From positions 1 to 58,488 of the forward strand of contig CAZNUA010000022.1 of the NCBI GenBank assembly GCA_964576115.1: DNA of 58,488 nt, given 5' to 3'. The translations under genes were made by a program, and so were the position numbers. Origin of the DNA: an uncultured Gemmatimonadota bacterium (GTDB taxonomy: Bacteria > Blakebacterota > Blakebacteria > Blakebacterales > Blakebacteraceae). Below the pieces are notes generated by a model, which saw only the letters and a list, made by a program, of their open reading frames with translations, made no database searches and was not told the DNA's origin. Below are positions 28,054 to 37,438 of this stretch, piece by piece. Numbering within the stretch: position 1 is the stretch's first letter; each line of letters starts with the position of its first letter.

Positions 28054-29181
28054 TCAGCGATTGCGGGTCAGGTCGATCGTCAAACCCAGGTTCAGCCCCG
28101 ATACAATCACATGCTCTGCATTCACGATCCGCATCATGACCCCCAGTGAGAGGCCCCGGGCCAGCCACCAATCCTTCCCCACCGCCAGGTAGTACCCGAC
28201 GGCCGGTTCGCCTTCGGTGTCCTTGTTGTTGAGGGGATTGAGGGGATCTGAACCCGCGAAGGTGAAGCTGGAAAAGACCAGGGCGGTCGCGACCCACCAC
28301 TGCCGGGGTGGGAAGTAGAAACCGAGGCCGGTTCCGACATAGCTTGTCTTGAGCTCGTCATCCTCGGTGGTCTGCTGGCTGACGCTGTTCACCTCGGCAT
28401 CGGGATCGGCTGCTCGATCGTTGCCGATGTTGAAGAAGAGCATCAGATCCCCGACCACGATTTTGCCAAAGAGAATGTCCCAGCCGAAACCGGCGCCGGT
28501 GAAGGTGGCTGGTTCCAGCCGGCTGTCGGCGGTGCCGGTCAGGCTGGCCGGACCGGGGCTCAGGCGCATGAGCCAGCCCGTATGCCGGGCTTCGCTACGC
28601 CAGTCGGTCGCAACCGGTCCTGCCCCGCCCGGCTGAGCGGCTGTCTCGCGACCCGGATCCCGGACCGGAGCGGGTTCTGGTTCGGGGACCGCTTCGCCGG
28701 CCACCTTGCGGGCCAGTTCATCGGCGACCTGGGCGGTGGCCTCGGTCATGACCTGCTCGATTCCGTTCACGTCGGTGTAGGCCACGTGCTCGATGCGGGC
28801 GCTCTCGACATCCACGATCCGCACCTGCAGACTGTACAGGGTACCGACTTTCGACACGCTCCCCGCCACCATCTTGCGCACCCCCAGGATTCGGCCGACC
28901 TGCACCACGCACTCGTCTGTGTCACAGGCCCCTGAGAACTGAAAGCCCTGTTCGGTGAGGATCGACTGCATCCGGTTGCGCTCGACCACATCGAAGATGG
29001 CCTGCTCGGACAGCTTGACCCGCAGGCGCTCCGTGATCGCCCGGGCTTCGCCCTCGCCCACATCGATGACATCCAGATCGATGACGGCTATGAGCATCGG
29101 CTGCGGCTGGGCTCGGACAGGGGCCGGAAGGGTAAGCCCGGCCAGCAGCAGGAGCGTCAGGAAATTAGTCTGCCGTCGCAC
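28054..29181 (-). CDS. Exported CsgG/HfaB-like domain fused to a small outer-membrane beta-barrel
   Basis: FDVVERNRMQSILTEQ.FQ.SGACD..CVVQVGRILG....GSVSKVG...L.VRIVDVE domain; Pro-rich linker; amphipathic beta-strands at the C-terminus; GGAGG RBS. Confidence 0.7.
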   Translation of the reverse strand: MRRQTNFLTLLLLAGLTLPAPVRAQPQPMLIAVIDLDVIDVGEGEARAITERLRVKLSEQAIFDVVERNRMQSILTEQGFQFSGACDTDECVVQVGRILGVRKMVAGSVSKVGTLYSLQVRIVDVESARIEHVAYTDVNGIEQVMTEATAQVADELARKVAGEAVPEPEPAPVRDPGRETAAQPGGAGPVATDWRSEARHTGWLMRLSPGPASLTGTADSRLEPATFTGAGFGWDILFGKIVVGDLMLFFNIGNDRAADPDAEVNSVSQQTTEDDELKTSYVGTGLGFYFPPRQWWVATALVFSSFTFAGSDPLNPLNNKDTEGEPAVGYYLAVGKDWWLARGLSLGVMMRIVNAEHVIVSGLNLGLTIDLTRNR

Positions 29182-29297
29182 GGAATCCTCCAGTACCGAT
29201 TATCACACGCGTTGATCGTCACATCCATATTCCTCCGCGATCGACGCACCGGCCGGTGAACGATTGAGCCGGACAGTAGCACCGGGCCGCCGGGCGG

Positions 29298-31628
29298 TCA
29301 ACGCACCCCCCCGGGTGCGATCCGTACCAGACCGGCATCGATATACTGCCCCCCGCCGGTCTGCCGGCAGTGAATGGCGATCACGTTCCCGCGGCGCTTG
29401 AGCGCGGCCAGAGCCCCGGTCCGGATCGGTTCGTCCACATAGGTGGTGGTATATCCGCCGAGTTCAGCCGCTGGCACGCCGTTGAGATATACCTCGGCGT
29501 CCTCGTCGTGATGGATGAAGAGCCAGAGATCGGAGTAGGAACCGCGCGGCAGATCGCGCGGCAGGTCGAAGGTACGCCGGATCCAGATGTCAGCGGACTC
29601 CCAGAGGGTGCGGTTGACCGCCCCCGGAGTGTCCTCGCGCCCGAAACCGGCTTCGCCCTCGGCCCAGCCGGTATCATCGAACTCGGGCTCGAACCAGTCG
29701 TCGGCGGGAGTCTCGAACGCATAACGCCAGAGAACGGCCTCATCCCGGGCGGTGGGAACGACGGGCAGAACCACCGGCGGAGGTTCGAAGAGCCGGGCCG
29801 CGGCGGCCCGCGCTCGCGCCTCGTCCATCTTGACCAGCTCGCGGTCATACGTCATCAGCCCGTTGACCTCGATCTCGACATCGGAGGTCTGGGTGTAAAC
29901 CGCGGCCGAGAGGCCGGGTTCGCCGATCAGGCGGTGCAGGCGGCGCAGGAGCAGTTCGTAGGCCGCAGTCAGCTCGTCGGCATCCTCGTAGTTGCGGTAG
30001 CCCCAGTTCCGCTCGCTCTGCCACAGGTGACCCTCGACCGGATAACCCAGGCCCCCGAATTCGCCCAGGACGATGGCCCGCTCGGACTCGGCCGGCGGAG
30101 CCGCCGGACCGGGATAGCGGTGAATGTCGTGGACATGCCCTACCCCCCGATCGGTCCAGCCGCTGGCACTGTTCACCAGCCGGGAGGGATCGAGGGTTTC
30201 GACCCAGGCCGTTATCCGTTCGGTGTCGTACTGTCCCCAGCCCTCGTTGATCGGTACCCACATGATGATCGAGGGGTGATTGCGGTAGGCGTCGACCATC
30301 CGGCCCAGTTCGAGCTCGAACTGCCTCTGCGCCTGGGTGGCGGCGACCGGGTTCTCCTCGTTCCGGCTCAGGCCGTTGGAGCCGCTCGGCATGTCCTGCC
30401 ACACCAGCAGGCCGAGCCGGTCGCACCAGGTGTACCACCGGTCGGGCTCGATTTTGACGTGCTTGCGGGCCAGGTTGAAACCCAGTCTTTTCGTTACTTC
30501 GATATCGTAGCGCAGGGCCTCGTCGGTCGGGGCGGTATAGAGCCCGTCGGGCCAGAACCCCTGGTCGAGGGGACCGACCTGGAAGAGAAACTCGTTATTG
30601 AGCAGCAGTCGGGTGATACCGTTCTCATCCGGTCCCAGCGATATCTTGCGCATCCCGAAGTAGGTGTCGACTTCGTCGATGACCCGCCCCTGTTCGAGCA
30701 GAGTCACCTGCATGACATAGAGAAACGGGTCGTCCGGCGACCAGAGCCGCAGATCGGACAGGGGCAGCGCCAATTCCTTTCCCGGTTGCCCGGTGATACG
30801 GCCGGCAACGCGATCCCCGGCCAGGGCCACTGCCGAAACCGTGTGCCCGTCATCCGCACCGGCCACGGCCGCTTCCAGCCGCAGAACGCCGGCATCGATA
30901 TCGGGGGTTTGCACGAGATGATCGATGTAGGTCGCCGGGACCGGCTCGAGCCAGACCGAACGCCAGATCCCCGTCGTGGGGGTGTACCAGATTCCGCGGG
31001 GCTCGTCGACCTGCTTGCCCCGCGGCTGATAGCCGCTGCTGCTCGGATCCCAGACCGCCACCACGATCTCCTGCCCGGCTCCGGAATTCAGCGCCGAGGT
31101 GATATCGAAGGTAAAGGGCGTATAGCCGCCACGGTGTTCGCCCACCCGCTGACCGTTGACCCAGACGATCGCTTCCCAGTCCACCGCCCCGAAATGGAGC
31201 AGGACGCGCTCGGACCGCCAGCCGGCCGGAATCGTGCAGCTGCGCCGGTACCAGAGTCGCTCCCCGGCTCCCACCCGGCGCCAGACCCCTGAGAGCACGC
31301 TCTCGATTCCAAAGGGGACCAGGATCTCGCCCTGCCAGGTCTGCGGTCGGGGATCGTTCCGTGGGGCAACGGCATATTCCCAGAGCCCGTTGAGGCACGC
31401 CCATTGCTCTCGCACCATCTGCGGCCGGGGGTACTCCCGATGCACGGTTTCCGGAGTTACATCGGCGGCCCACCGGGTCATGAGGGGGCCATCGATCGGC
31501 TGCCACTGGGCCCTGACGCGACCGGCGGTACCAAGCACGAGCAGGGCAGCCGGAAACAGAGCGAAGAGATGCCGAGACCGGGCAGTCCGCGAGGACGCTC
31601 CTGATATGACCGGGGAATGGCGCTCCAT
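29298..31628 (-). CDS. GH2 glycoside hydrolase (beta-galactosidase/galactofuranosidase-like) with C-terminal galactose-binding-like domain
   Basis: EYPRPQ..R..W..LNG.W, LHFGAVDW, QPRGKQ, GPLDQGFWPDG, RKHVK.EP, NHPSI..W...NEGWGQ (acid/base) and GEFGG (nucleophile); signal peptide. Confidence 0.9.
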   Translation of the reverse strand: MERHSPVISGASSRTARSRHLFALFPAALLVLGTAGRVRAQWQPIDGPLMTRWAADVTPETVHREYPRPQMVREQWACLNGLWEYAVAPRNDPRPQTWQGEILVPFGIESVLSGVWRRVGAGERLWYRRSCTIPAGWRSERVLLHFGAVDWEAIVWVNGQRVGEHRGGYTPFTFDITSALNSGAGQEIVVAVWDPSSSGYQPRGKQVDEPRGIWYTPTTGIWRSVWLEPVPATYIDHLVQTPDIDAGVLRLEAAVAGADDGHTVSAVALAGDRVAGRITGQPGKELALPLSDLRLWSPDDPFLYVMQVTLLEQGRVIDEVDTYFGMRKISLGPDENGITRLLLNNEFLFQVGPLDQGFWPDGLYTAPTDEALRYDIEVTKRLGFNLARKHVKIEPDRWYTWCDRLGLLVWQDMPSGSNGLSRNEENPVAATQAQRQFELELGRMVDAYRNHPSIIMWVPINEGWGQYDTERITAWVETLDPSRLVNSASGWTDRGVGHVHDIHRYPGPAAPPAESERAIVLGEFGGLGYPVEGHLWQSERNWGYRNYEDADELTAAYELLLRRLHRLIGEPGLSAAVYTQTSDVEIEVNGLMTYDRELVKMDEARARAAAARLFEPPPVVLPVVPTARDEAVLWRYAFETPADDWFEPEFDDTGWAEGEAGFGREDTPGAVNRTLWESADIWIRRTFDLPRDLPRGSYSDLWLFIHHDEDAEVYLNGVPAAELGGYTTTYVDEPIRTGALAALKRRGNVIAIHCRQTGGGQYIDAGLVRIAPGGVR

Positions 31629-31760
31629 CGTTCTTCTCCCGATTGGGGTGCATCCCGATTGTGGTCAGCCCGGGCGGGAAGGCCAAGCAGTAAAATGCAC
31701 CCGGCGGTCATCGCTATCGCGACAACCGCCGGGCATCGGTGGGGGGAGGAAAACCCACCG

Positions 31761-31790
31761 TTATATACATATTGTACTAATTATACAAAT
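31761..31790 (-). promoter_or_regulatory. AT-rich promoter/operator of the GH2 gene
   Basis: Minus strand ATTTGTATAATTAGTACAATATGTATATAA contains TATAAT and TACAAT boxes and the dyad TTGTA-N7-TACAA (31772-31788). Confidence 0.5.
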
Positions 31791-31821
31791 AGATGCCTTT
31801 TCGGAACCGAACCGCTTGCGA

Positions 31822-34266
31822 TCATTCCAGGCGCAGGACCGAAGCCGGGTCGGTTCGCGCCGCCCGCACGGCGGGTACCGTACCGGCGATCAGAGCGATG
31901 AGACCGAGCACGATCACAGCACCGATCATGGTCGTCGTATCGGTTACACCTACCCCATAGATGAAACTGGCCAGCAGGCGGTTCAGTCCCAAGGCCGCCG
32001 CCAGTCCAACCAGCAGACCGGTACCCACCAGCAGAGCCCCCTGCCGCAGAACCAGAGTGATGATCCGGTTGCTGTCGGCGCCCAGCGCCACCCGGATACC
32101 GAGTTCGTTCTGCCGTGAGGCCACCGAATAACTCAGCACGCCGTAGAGCCCGACTGCGGACAGTACCAGCGCTGCGGAGGCAAAGATGAGCAGGATCAGC
32201 ATGAACGACCGGCGGGCGGTCAGTGAGGTGGAGAGAACGTCCTCGATCATCCGGATATCGTTGAGCGGCTGGCGCGGGTCGATCTCGAGCACGGCCTCGC
32301 GCAGGCCGCGGATGAATCCTTCGTCCGGCCGGGCGTGATCGACGACCAGGGTCATATAGGCCATCGGCGCCTGCAGGTAGCTGCGGTAGATCTCCGACCG
32401 GGGCGCTTCATCGAGCCCGTCGAAGAGAGTATTGCCGACGATCCCGACGATCGTCGACCAGGCGAAATCGGGCGTATCGGGGTCGTCCCAGGTGACCCGC
32501 TTGCCGATCGGATCCTCATCGGGCCAGAATTCGGCCGCCGCGGCCTCGTTGATGACGACCGCGTGGGGTGCGCCGCCGTCATCCTCGGCGGTGAGCAGCC
32601 GTCCCCGGATCAAGGGGATTTCCATAACCTCGAAATACCCGGGAGTGGCGATCTGATAACCGGTCGCCGGTCCTTCGCCCGGTTCGTAGGTGCGGCCTTC
32701 GATATCGAATCCGATGTTGCCGGTAATGGCCGGGTCGATCGGCAGACTCAGGATTCCCGCCGCCCGGCGTACTCCCGGCAGGGCCTCGATGTTCTCGATA
32801 ATCCGTTCGTAGTGCAGGGCGGGATCGTCGAGTTCGCCCATGGTGGTTGAGGGAATCCAGAGGTTGGCGGCCAGCACGCCCTCGGTCCGGAAACCGGGGT
32901 CAACCGCCCGGAGGTTCATGAAGGTCCGCAGCATCAGGCCGGCACCGACGAGCAGGAGCAGCGAGAGCGCGACTTCAGCCACGATCAGAGTGTTGCGGAG
33001 TCGACTGCGGCTGCGCCCACCGCTCAGATGTCCCCCCCCCTCGCGGATGGCGGCGTGCAGATCGCCCCGCAGGACCTGACTGGAGGGGACGAGGCCGAAG
33101 ACGATGCCGGTGAGCATCGAGACGGTAATGGTGAAAATGATGACCCGTCCGTTTATGGCGACCGCCGCTGCCCGGGGGAGTTCTTCGGGAGAGAGCGCCA
33201 GGAGAGCGTCGGTTCCCCAGAGAGCGAGAATGATCCCGAGACCTCCCCCCATCAGCGCCAGGACCACGCTCTCGGAGATCAGCTGCAGCGTCAGCCGCTG
33301 TCCTCCGGCCCCCAGGGCGCTGCGCACGCCCAGTTCCTGGGCCCGTCCGGTGGCTCTGACGATCAGCAGGTTGGCCACATTGGCACAGGCGATCAGCAGC
33401 ACGAAACCGACCGCAGCCAGAAAGACGATCAGGGTTCCCCGAACATCTCCTACCACCGTTTCCTTCATCGGTTCGAGAAGGATTCCCTCGTCCTGATTCG
33501 TGTCAGGATACTCTTCGGCCAGGTTGGCGGCGATGGCACTCATCTCGGCCTGCGCCTGTTCGAGAGTCACGTCCTCTTTGATCCGGCCGAAAACGTTGAA
33601 ATATTCGGCCCCACGCATCGCCTCGGGATCTGGTCCGATGTTGACGGGCGGATCGGGTACCCGCCAGCGGGCCGCTTTCCAGATCTCGACCCCGGGAGCG
33701 AAATCGAAGTCGGCCGGGAGAACCCCGACGATGAGCCACGGCTCGTCGCTGAGCGAGAGGGTCCGTCCGACGACAGCTGGATCGGAACCGAACGAAGATC
33801 GCCAGAGAGCATCGGATATCAGGGCCACCCGCTCACCGCCGGGAAGATCGATGCCGGGATCGAAAACCCGTCCTAGCTGAGCCCGGATTCCGAGCAGTTT
33901 GAAGAAAGTCGCCGTGACGCTGACTCCGTCGGCCTGCCGGGGGATTCCGTCTTCGAGCAGGATCCCGTCACTGCCGCACCAACCCGCCAGCCCCTCCAAA
34001 GTCGTGTTCATCTCCGCCCAGTCGATGAAGTCTGCGGGAGCGACGTTGTCCTGTTCGAATCCGGGGGAGACCCCGAAAAGCCTGATCAGGCGCTCCGAGT
34101 CCGGGTAATCGAGCGGTTCCAGAATGATCGTATTGACGATGCTGAAGATCGAGGCGGTGGCGCCGATCCCCAGCGCCAGAGTGAAGACCGCCACCACGGT
34201 GAAGCGCGGCTGGCGCAGCATGGTGCGCAGGCCGTAGCGCAGATCGAACAGCAGGTTTCCCATCAT
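31822..34266 (-). CDS. MacB/FtsX-type duplicated ABC permease (ADOP-like)
   Basis: DLRYGLR...P.FT.VAV.TLALGIGA, LLIACANVANL, E.G.R.ALGA twice, two periplasmic domains, terminal DP...LR.E. Confidence 0.92.
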   Translation of the reverse strand: MMGNLLFDLRYGLRTMLRQPRFTVVAVFTLALGIGATASIFSIVNTIILEPLDYPDSERLIRLFGVSPGFEQDNVAPADFIDWAEMNTTLEGLAGWCGSDGILLEDGIPRQADGVSVTATFFKLLGIRAQLGRVFDPGIDLPGGERVALISDALWRSSFGSDPAVVGRTLSLSDEPWLIVGVLPADFDFAPGVEIWKAARWRVPDPPVNIGPDPEAMRGAEYFNVFGRIKEDVTLEQAQAEMSAIAANLAEEYPDTNQDEGILLEPMKETVVGDVRGTLIVFLAAVGFVLLIACANVANLLIVRATGRAQELGVRSALGAGGQRLTLQLISESVVLALMGGGLGIILALWGTDALLALSPEELPRAAAVAINGRVIIFTITVSMLTGIVFGLVPSSQVLRGDLHAAIREGGGHLSGGRSRSRLRNTLIVAEVALSLLLLVGAGLMLRTFMNLRAVDPGFRTEGVLAANLWIPSTTMGELDDPALHYERIIENIEALPGVRRAAGILSLPIDPAITGNIGFDIEGRTYEPGEGPATGYQIATPGYFEVMEIPLIRGRLLTAEDDGGAPHAVVINEAAAAEFWPDEDPIGKRVTWDDPDTPDFAWSTIVGIVGNTLFDGLDEAPRSEIYRSYLQAPMAYMTLVVDHARPDEGFIRGLREAVLEIDPRQPLNDIRMIEDVLSTSLTARRSFMLILLIFASAALVLSAVGLYGVLSYSVASRQNELGIRVALGADSNRIITLVLRQGALLVGTGLLVGLAAALGLNRLLASFIYGVGVTDTTTMIGAVIVLGLIALIAGTVPAVRAARTDPASVLRLE

Positions 34267-34310
34267 GCGTCTCCCGAGCGGGGATGATGACAGATCTCGG
34301 AGGAAATTTC

Positions 34311-34326
34311 CGCAAGAAATGTGCCA
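34311..34326 (-). promoter_or_regulatory. Sigma54 (-24/-12) promoter
   Basis: Minus strand TGGCAC-ATTTC-TTGCG, 45 bp upstream of the permease ATG. Confidence 0.7.
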
Positions 34327-34518
34327 ACAGCAGCCGGCCGAAAGAACATCCGAAGCTGTCCGCAATCACACCGAAGACTACTTTCGATCCGGACCTGCCG
34401 GTGTCCGCCTGCGGGAAGGTCGTGTGCCGGAAACGGACAGAGGTATGAGACTGCCCTCAGGAGGAAAGATCCGGCCCTATCTGGCAGTAAACGGAGTCTG
34501 GTCCGTCCTCTGCCAGCC

Positions 34519-37197
34519 TTACTCCTGCCGCAGGGTCTCCACCGGATCGATCCGGGTCGTCCGCCAGGCCGGCGCCCATACGGCCACGATCGCAACCAGG
34601 GCCAGAAAGACCGGCGCCGCGATAAAGGTGACGGGGTCGATCGCCGCCACGCCGAAGAGCTGGCTGCGATAGACGATCCCGAGCGCCCCGGCCAGGGGCA
34701 ATCCGATCCCGATCCCGATGGCCACCTTGAGCAATCCCTGTCCGATCACCATCCCGAGCAGATTCGGGCTGCGGGCCCCGAGGGCCATCCGGATGCCGAT
34801 CTCATGCCGGCGCTGGGTAGTCGCAAAGGCCATCACCCCGTAGATGCCGACTGCGGCCAGCAGGAGCGCGGCGCCGGCAAAAAGGCCGAGCAGGAGGGTG
34901 ATGAAACCGCTCTCTTCGGTGGAGGCTCGCCGGTAGTCCTCCATGGTTCTGACCTGCGAGATCGGCTGTTCGGGATCCAGCTTCAGAACCTGGTCCCGGA
35001 TCGGTTCGACCAGGGCGAGAGGATCGCCGGCCGTTTTGGCTACCAGGTAGTAACCCAGGTCGTTGTCGAGAGCGTGCGGGATGTAGATCTGCCAGCGGGA
35101 CTGCTCGGCCACACCATTGAGTTTGACATGGTCGACCACCCCGACGACCTCGAGCCAGTCGGGATCGGGGTCATCAAAGGAACCAAAGGCGAGCCGCTTG
35201 CCCAGCGGGCTCTCTCCCGGCCAGTAATGTTCGGCGACCTGCTCGTCCACGATCACTGTCAGCCGGTTGCCGGTGCCGTCGTCTTCACGGGTGAATTCGC
35301 GCCCGGCGAGCAGGGCAATCCCCATGGTGCGGAAATAGTCGGCACTGACCGCACTCATCTCGGCGAAGATCCCGCCCTCGTTCTCCGGCGGCGGGTGGCC
35401 TTCGACGTGAAAGCTGTTCTGCCAGTTGTCGCGCCCCAGCGGCAGGACGTAGGTCGTAGCGGCCGAGACCACCCCGGGCAGGGCCCGGACGCGATCGAGC
35501 AGATCGTAGTAGAAGGCAAGACGCCGGGCCTCATCAGGGTATTTCGCCCCCGGCAGATCGATTTCCATGCTCAGGACGTTGTCCGCTTCGAGCCCGGTTT
35601 CGGCCCCGGTCATCTGCGCGAAACTCCTGAGCATGAGTCCGGCCCCGGTCAACAGGACCAGCGCCAGGGTCATCTCGATTACGACCAGACCGCCCTGCAG
35701 GCGCTGCCGGCCCCGCCCGGCCGAAGAGCGGGTACCTTCCTTGAGGAACTCCTGCAGGGCGGGCCGTCTGGCCTTCAGAGCCGGAGCCAGCCCGAAGAGC
35801 AGACCGGTCAGCAGAGCGATCAGGAGGGTGCCGGCAATGACTGTGAAATCCACGCTGATCGTGAAGATGCGGGGGATCTCCCCGGCCAGAGTTGTCGCCA
35901 GAATGCGGGTAGTCCCGAAAGCCAGGGCTATCCCGAGCGCACCTCCCGTGAGCCAGAGCAGAAGGCTTTCAGACAGCATGAGCCGGATCAGCTGCCCGCC
36001 CCCTGCTCCGAGCGTGGAACGGACTGCAAGCTCGTGCTGGCGGGTCGTGGCTCGTACGACGAGGATATTGGCTACATTGGCGCAGGCAATCAGCAGCAAC
36101 AACCCGACCGCCAGCAGCAGAATCAGAAGAGGCGTCCGGGAATCCTCCGTCATCATGGTGTGGAGCATCTCGCTGTTGATCCGAACTCCGGTATTGGTGT
36201 CGGGGTATTCCTGTTCGATCTCGATCGCCACCCGTTCCAGATCCGCCCGGGCTTCTTCCAGGTCAACCCCCGGCCGCAGGCGCCCGAGGGCCGCGATCCC
36301 CGGGTGATTGCCCCGGTTGGTGATCCAGTTCTCGGCAAAGAGCGCGATCGGCACATAGATATCCACCTGACTGCTTCCCGGGGGAAACAGAAAATCCTGC
36401 CCGACGACGCCGACAATCGTGTAGGGTTGATCATCGAGTGTGAGCACCCGTCCCAGGATCTCCGGATCACCGCCGAACCGCTCGTTCCAGCACCCCAGGG
36501 AGAGGATCGTCACCCGTTCGGCACCGATCTGGTCATCCTCGGGAGTGAAGGCCCGGCCCATAAACGGTTCGATCCCGATCAGATCGAAGGAGGAAGCCGT
36601 GATCCGGGCCATGCGCAGTTCAACCGGGTGGCCTTCACCGCTCAGGTTCAATCCCCCGTAGTTGTAGCAGGCCATCTCTTCGAAGACCGTGTTCCGCTCC
36701 CGCCAGTCGAGATAGTTCGGATACGAGACCGAGGCATCGGGAAAATTGCGCAGGCGCTCCCAGAGATACACCATCCGGTCACTGTCCTGATAGGGCAGCG
36801 GCGCGAGCAGTACCCCGTTCACCAGACTCAGGATGGTCGCAGTGGCGCCGATGCCCAGGGCCAGGGTCAGCACGGCTATGACGGAAACCAGCGGACTCTT
36901 CCGGAACATACGCAGGCCGAATTTCAGATCACCGGTGATACCATCCATGGCGAGTCTCCTCTGCTCCCGACGCACCGCCGGTTCGGTGACGGTCCGGCAA
37001 TCCGCTTCGATTTGGGTCAGGTTCCCGAAAACCTCCCGAGCCCGGCGCCGGGCCTGCCCGGGCTCGATCCCCTCCGCTATGAACTCCCGGGCCCGCATCT
37101 CGAGGTAGAACTCGATCTCGTCGCGGATATCGCGTTCGGAGTCGAAGCGGAAACGGGTGATCCGGAACAGACGTCTGAAGGGTTTCGGCACAGACAT
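34519..37197 (-). CDS. ADOP-family duplicated permease with permease-prefix domain
   Basis: Prefix DIRDEIEFYLE...G..P.QARRRA...FG, followed by the same duplicated MacB architecture. Confidence 0.92.
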   Translation of the reverse strand: MSVPKPFRRLFRITRFRFDSERDIRDEIEFYLEMRAREFIAEGIEPGQARRRAREVFGNLTQIEADCRTVTEPAVRREQRRLAMDGITGDLKFGLRMFRKSPLVSVIAVLTLALGIGATATILSLVNGVLLAPLPYQDSDRMVYLWERLRNFPDASVSYPNYLDWRERNTVFEEMACYNYGGLNLSGEGHPVELRMARITASSFDLIGIEPFMGRAFTPEDDQIGAERVTILSLGCWNERFGGDPEILGRVLTLDDQPYTIVGVVGQDFLFPPGSSQVDIYVPIALFAENWITNRGNHPGIAALGRLRPGVDLEEARADLERVAIEIEQEYPDTNTGVRINSEMLHTMMTEDSRTPLLILLLAVGLLLLIACANVANILVVRATTRQHELAVRSTLGAGGGQLIRLMLSESLLLWLTGGALGIALAFGTTRILATTLAGEIPRIFTISVDFTVIAGTLLIALLTGLLFGLAPALKARRPALQEFLKEGTRSSAGRGRQRLQGGLVVIEMTLALVLLTGAGLMLRSFAQMTGAETGLEADNVLSMEIDLPGAKYPDEARRLAFYYDLLDRVRALPGVVSAATTYVLPLGRDNWQNSFHVEGHPPPENEGGIFAEMSAVSADYFRTMGIALLAGREFTREDDGTGNRLTVIVDEQVAEHYWPGESPLGKRLAFGSFDDPDPDWLEVVGVVDHVKLNGVAEQSRWQIYIPHALDNDLGYYLVAKTAGDPLALVEPIRDQVLKLDPEQPISQVRTMEDYRRASTEESGFITLLLGLFAGAALLLAAVGIYGVMAFATTQRRHEIGIRMALGARSPNLLGMVIGQGLLKVAIGIGIGLPLAGALGIVYRSQLFGVAAIDPVTFIAAPVFLALVAIVAVWAPAWRTTRIDPVETLRQE

Positions 37198-37285
37198 GGG
37201 ATTCGGGTTCCTGATTCTCTCCTGCGACCGTTTCGTCAGCAACGACACCGGCCTCGTCGGCAATCGTGCCAGCTGTACGGCTAAC

Positions 37286-37338
37286 ACCTCAGTGGTTTAG
37301 GTATATAACTATACGCGGCGTACCGGTACAGGGTTTCA
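37286..37338 (-). promoter_or_regulatory. Candidate ECF-type promoter plus dyad operator
   Basis: Minus strand TGAAAC-N17-CGTATA, then the dyads GTATA-N4-TATAC and ACCTAAAC-CAC-TGAGGT. Confidence 0.4.
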
Positions 37339-37438
37339 ATCCTGTGGCGGCGGCAGTCGTCAATCACCTGCAACCGCAGGTGAACCGTGCCCTGCAGACA
37401 TGTACTTCTCGAGGGGTGGGGTGGGTGTACGGCGCCCT

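Noticed and set aside
34321-37284. 987-aa plus-strand ORF, and similar long ORFs at 29370..31292, 43932..46028, 22076..23827 and 10575..12044
   Set aside because: All lie antisense to genes with strong family signatures and have no domain motifs.
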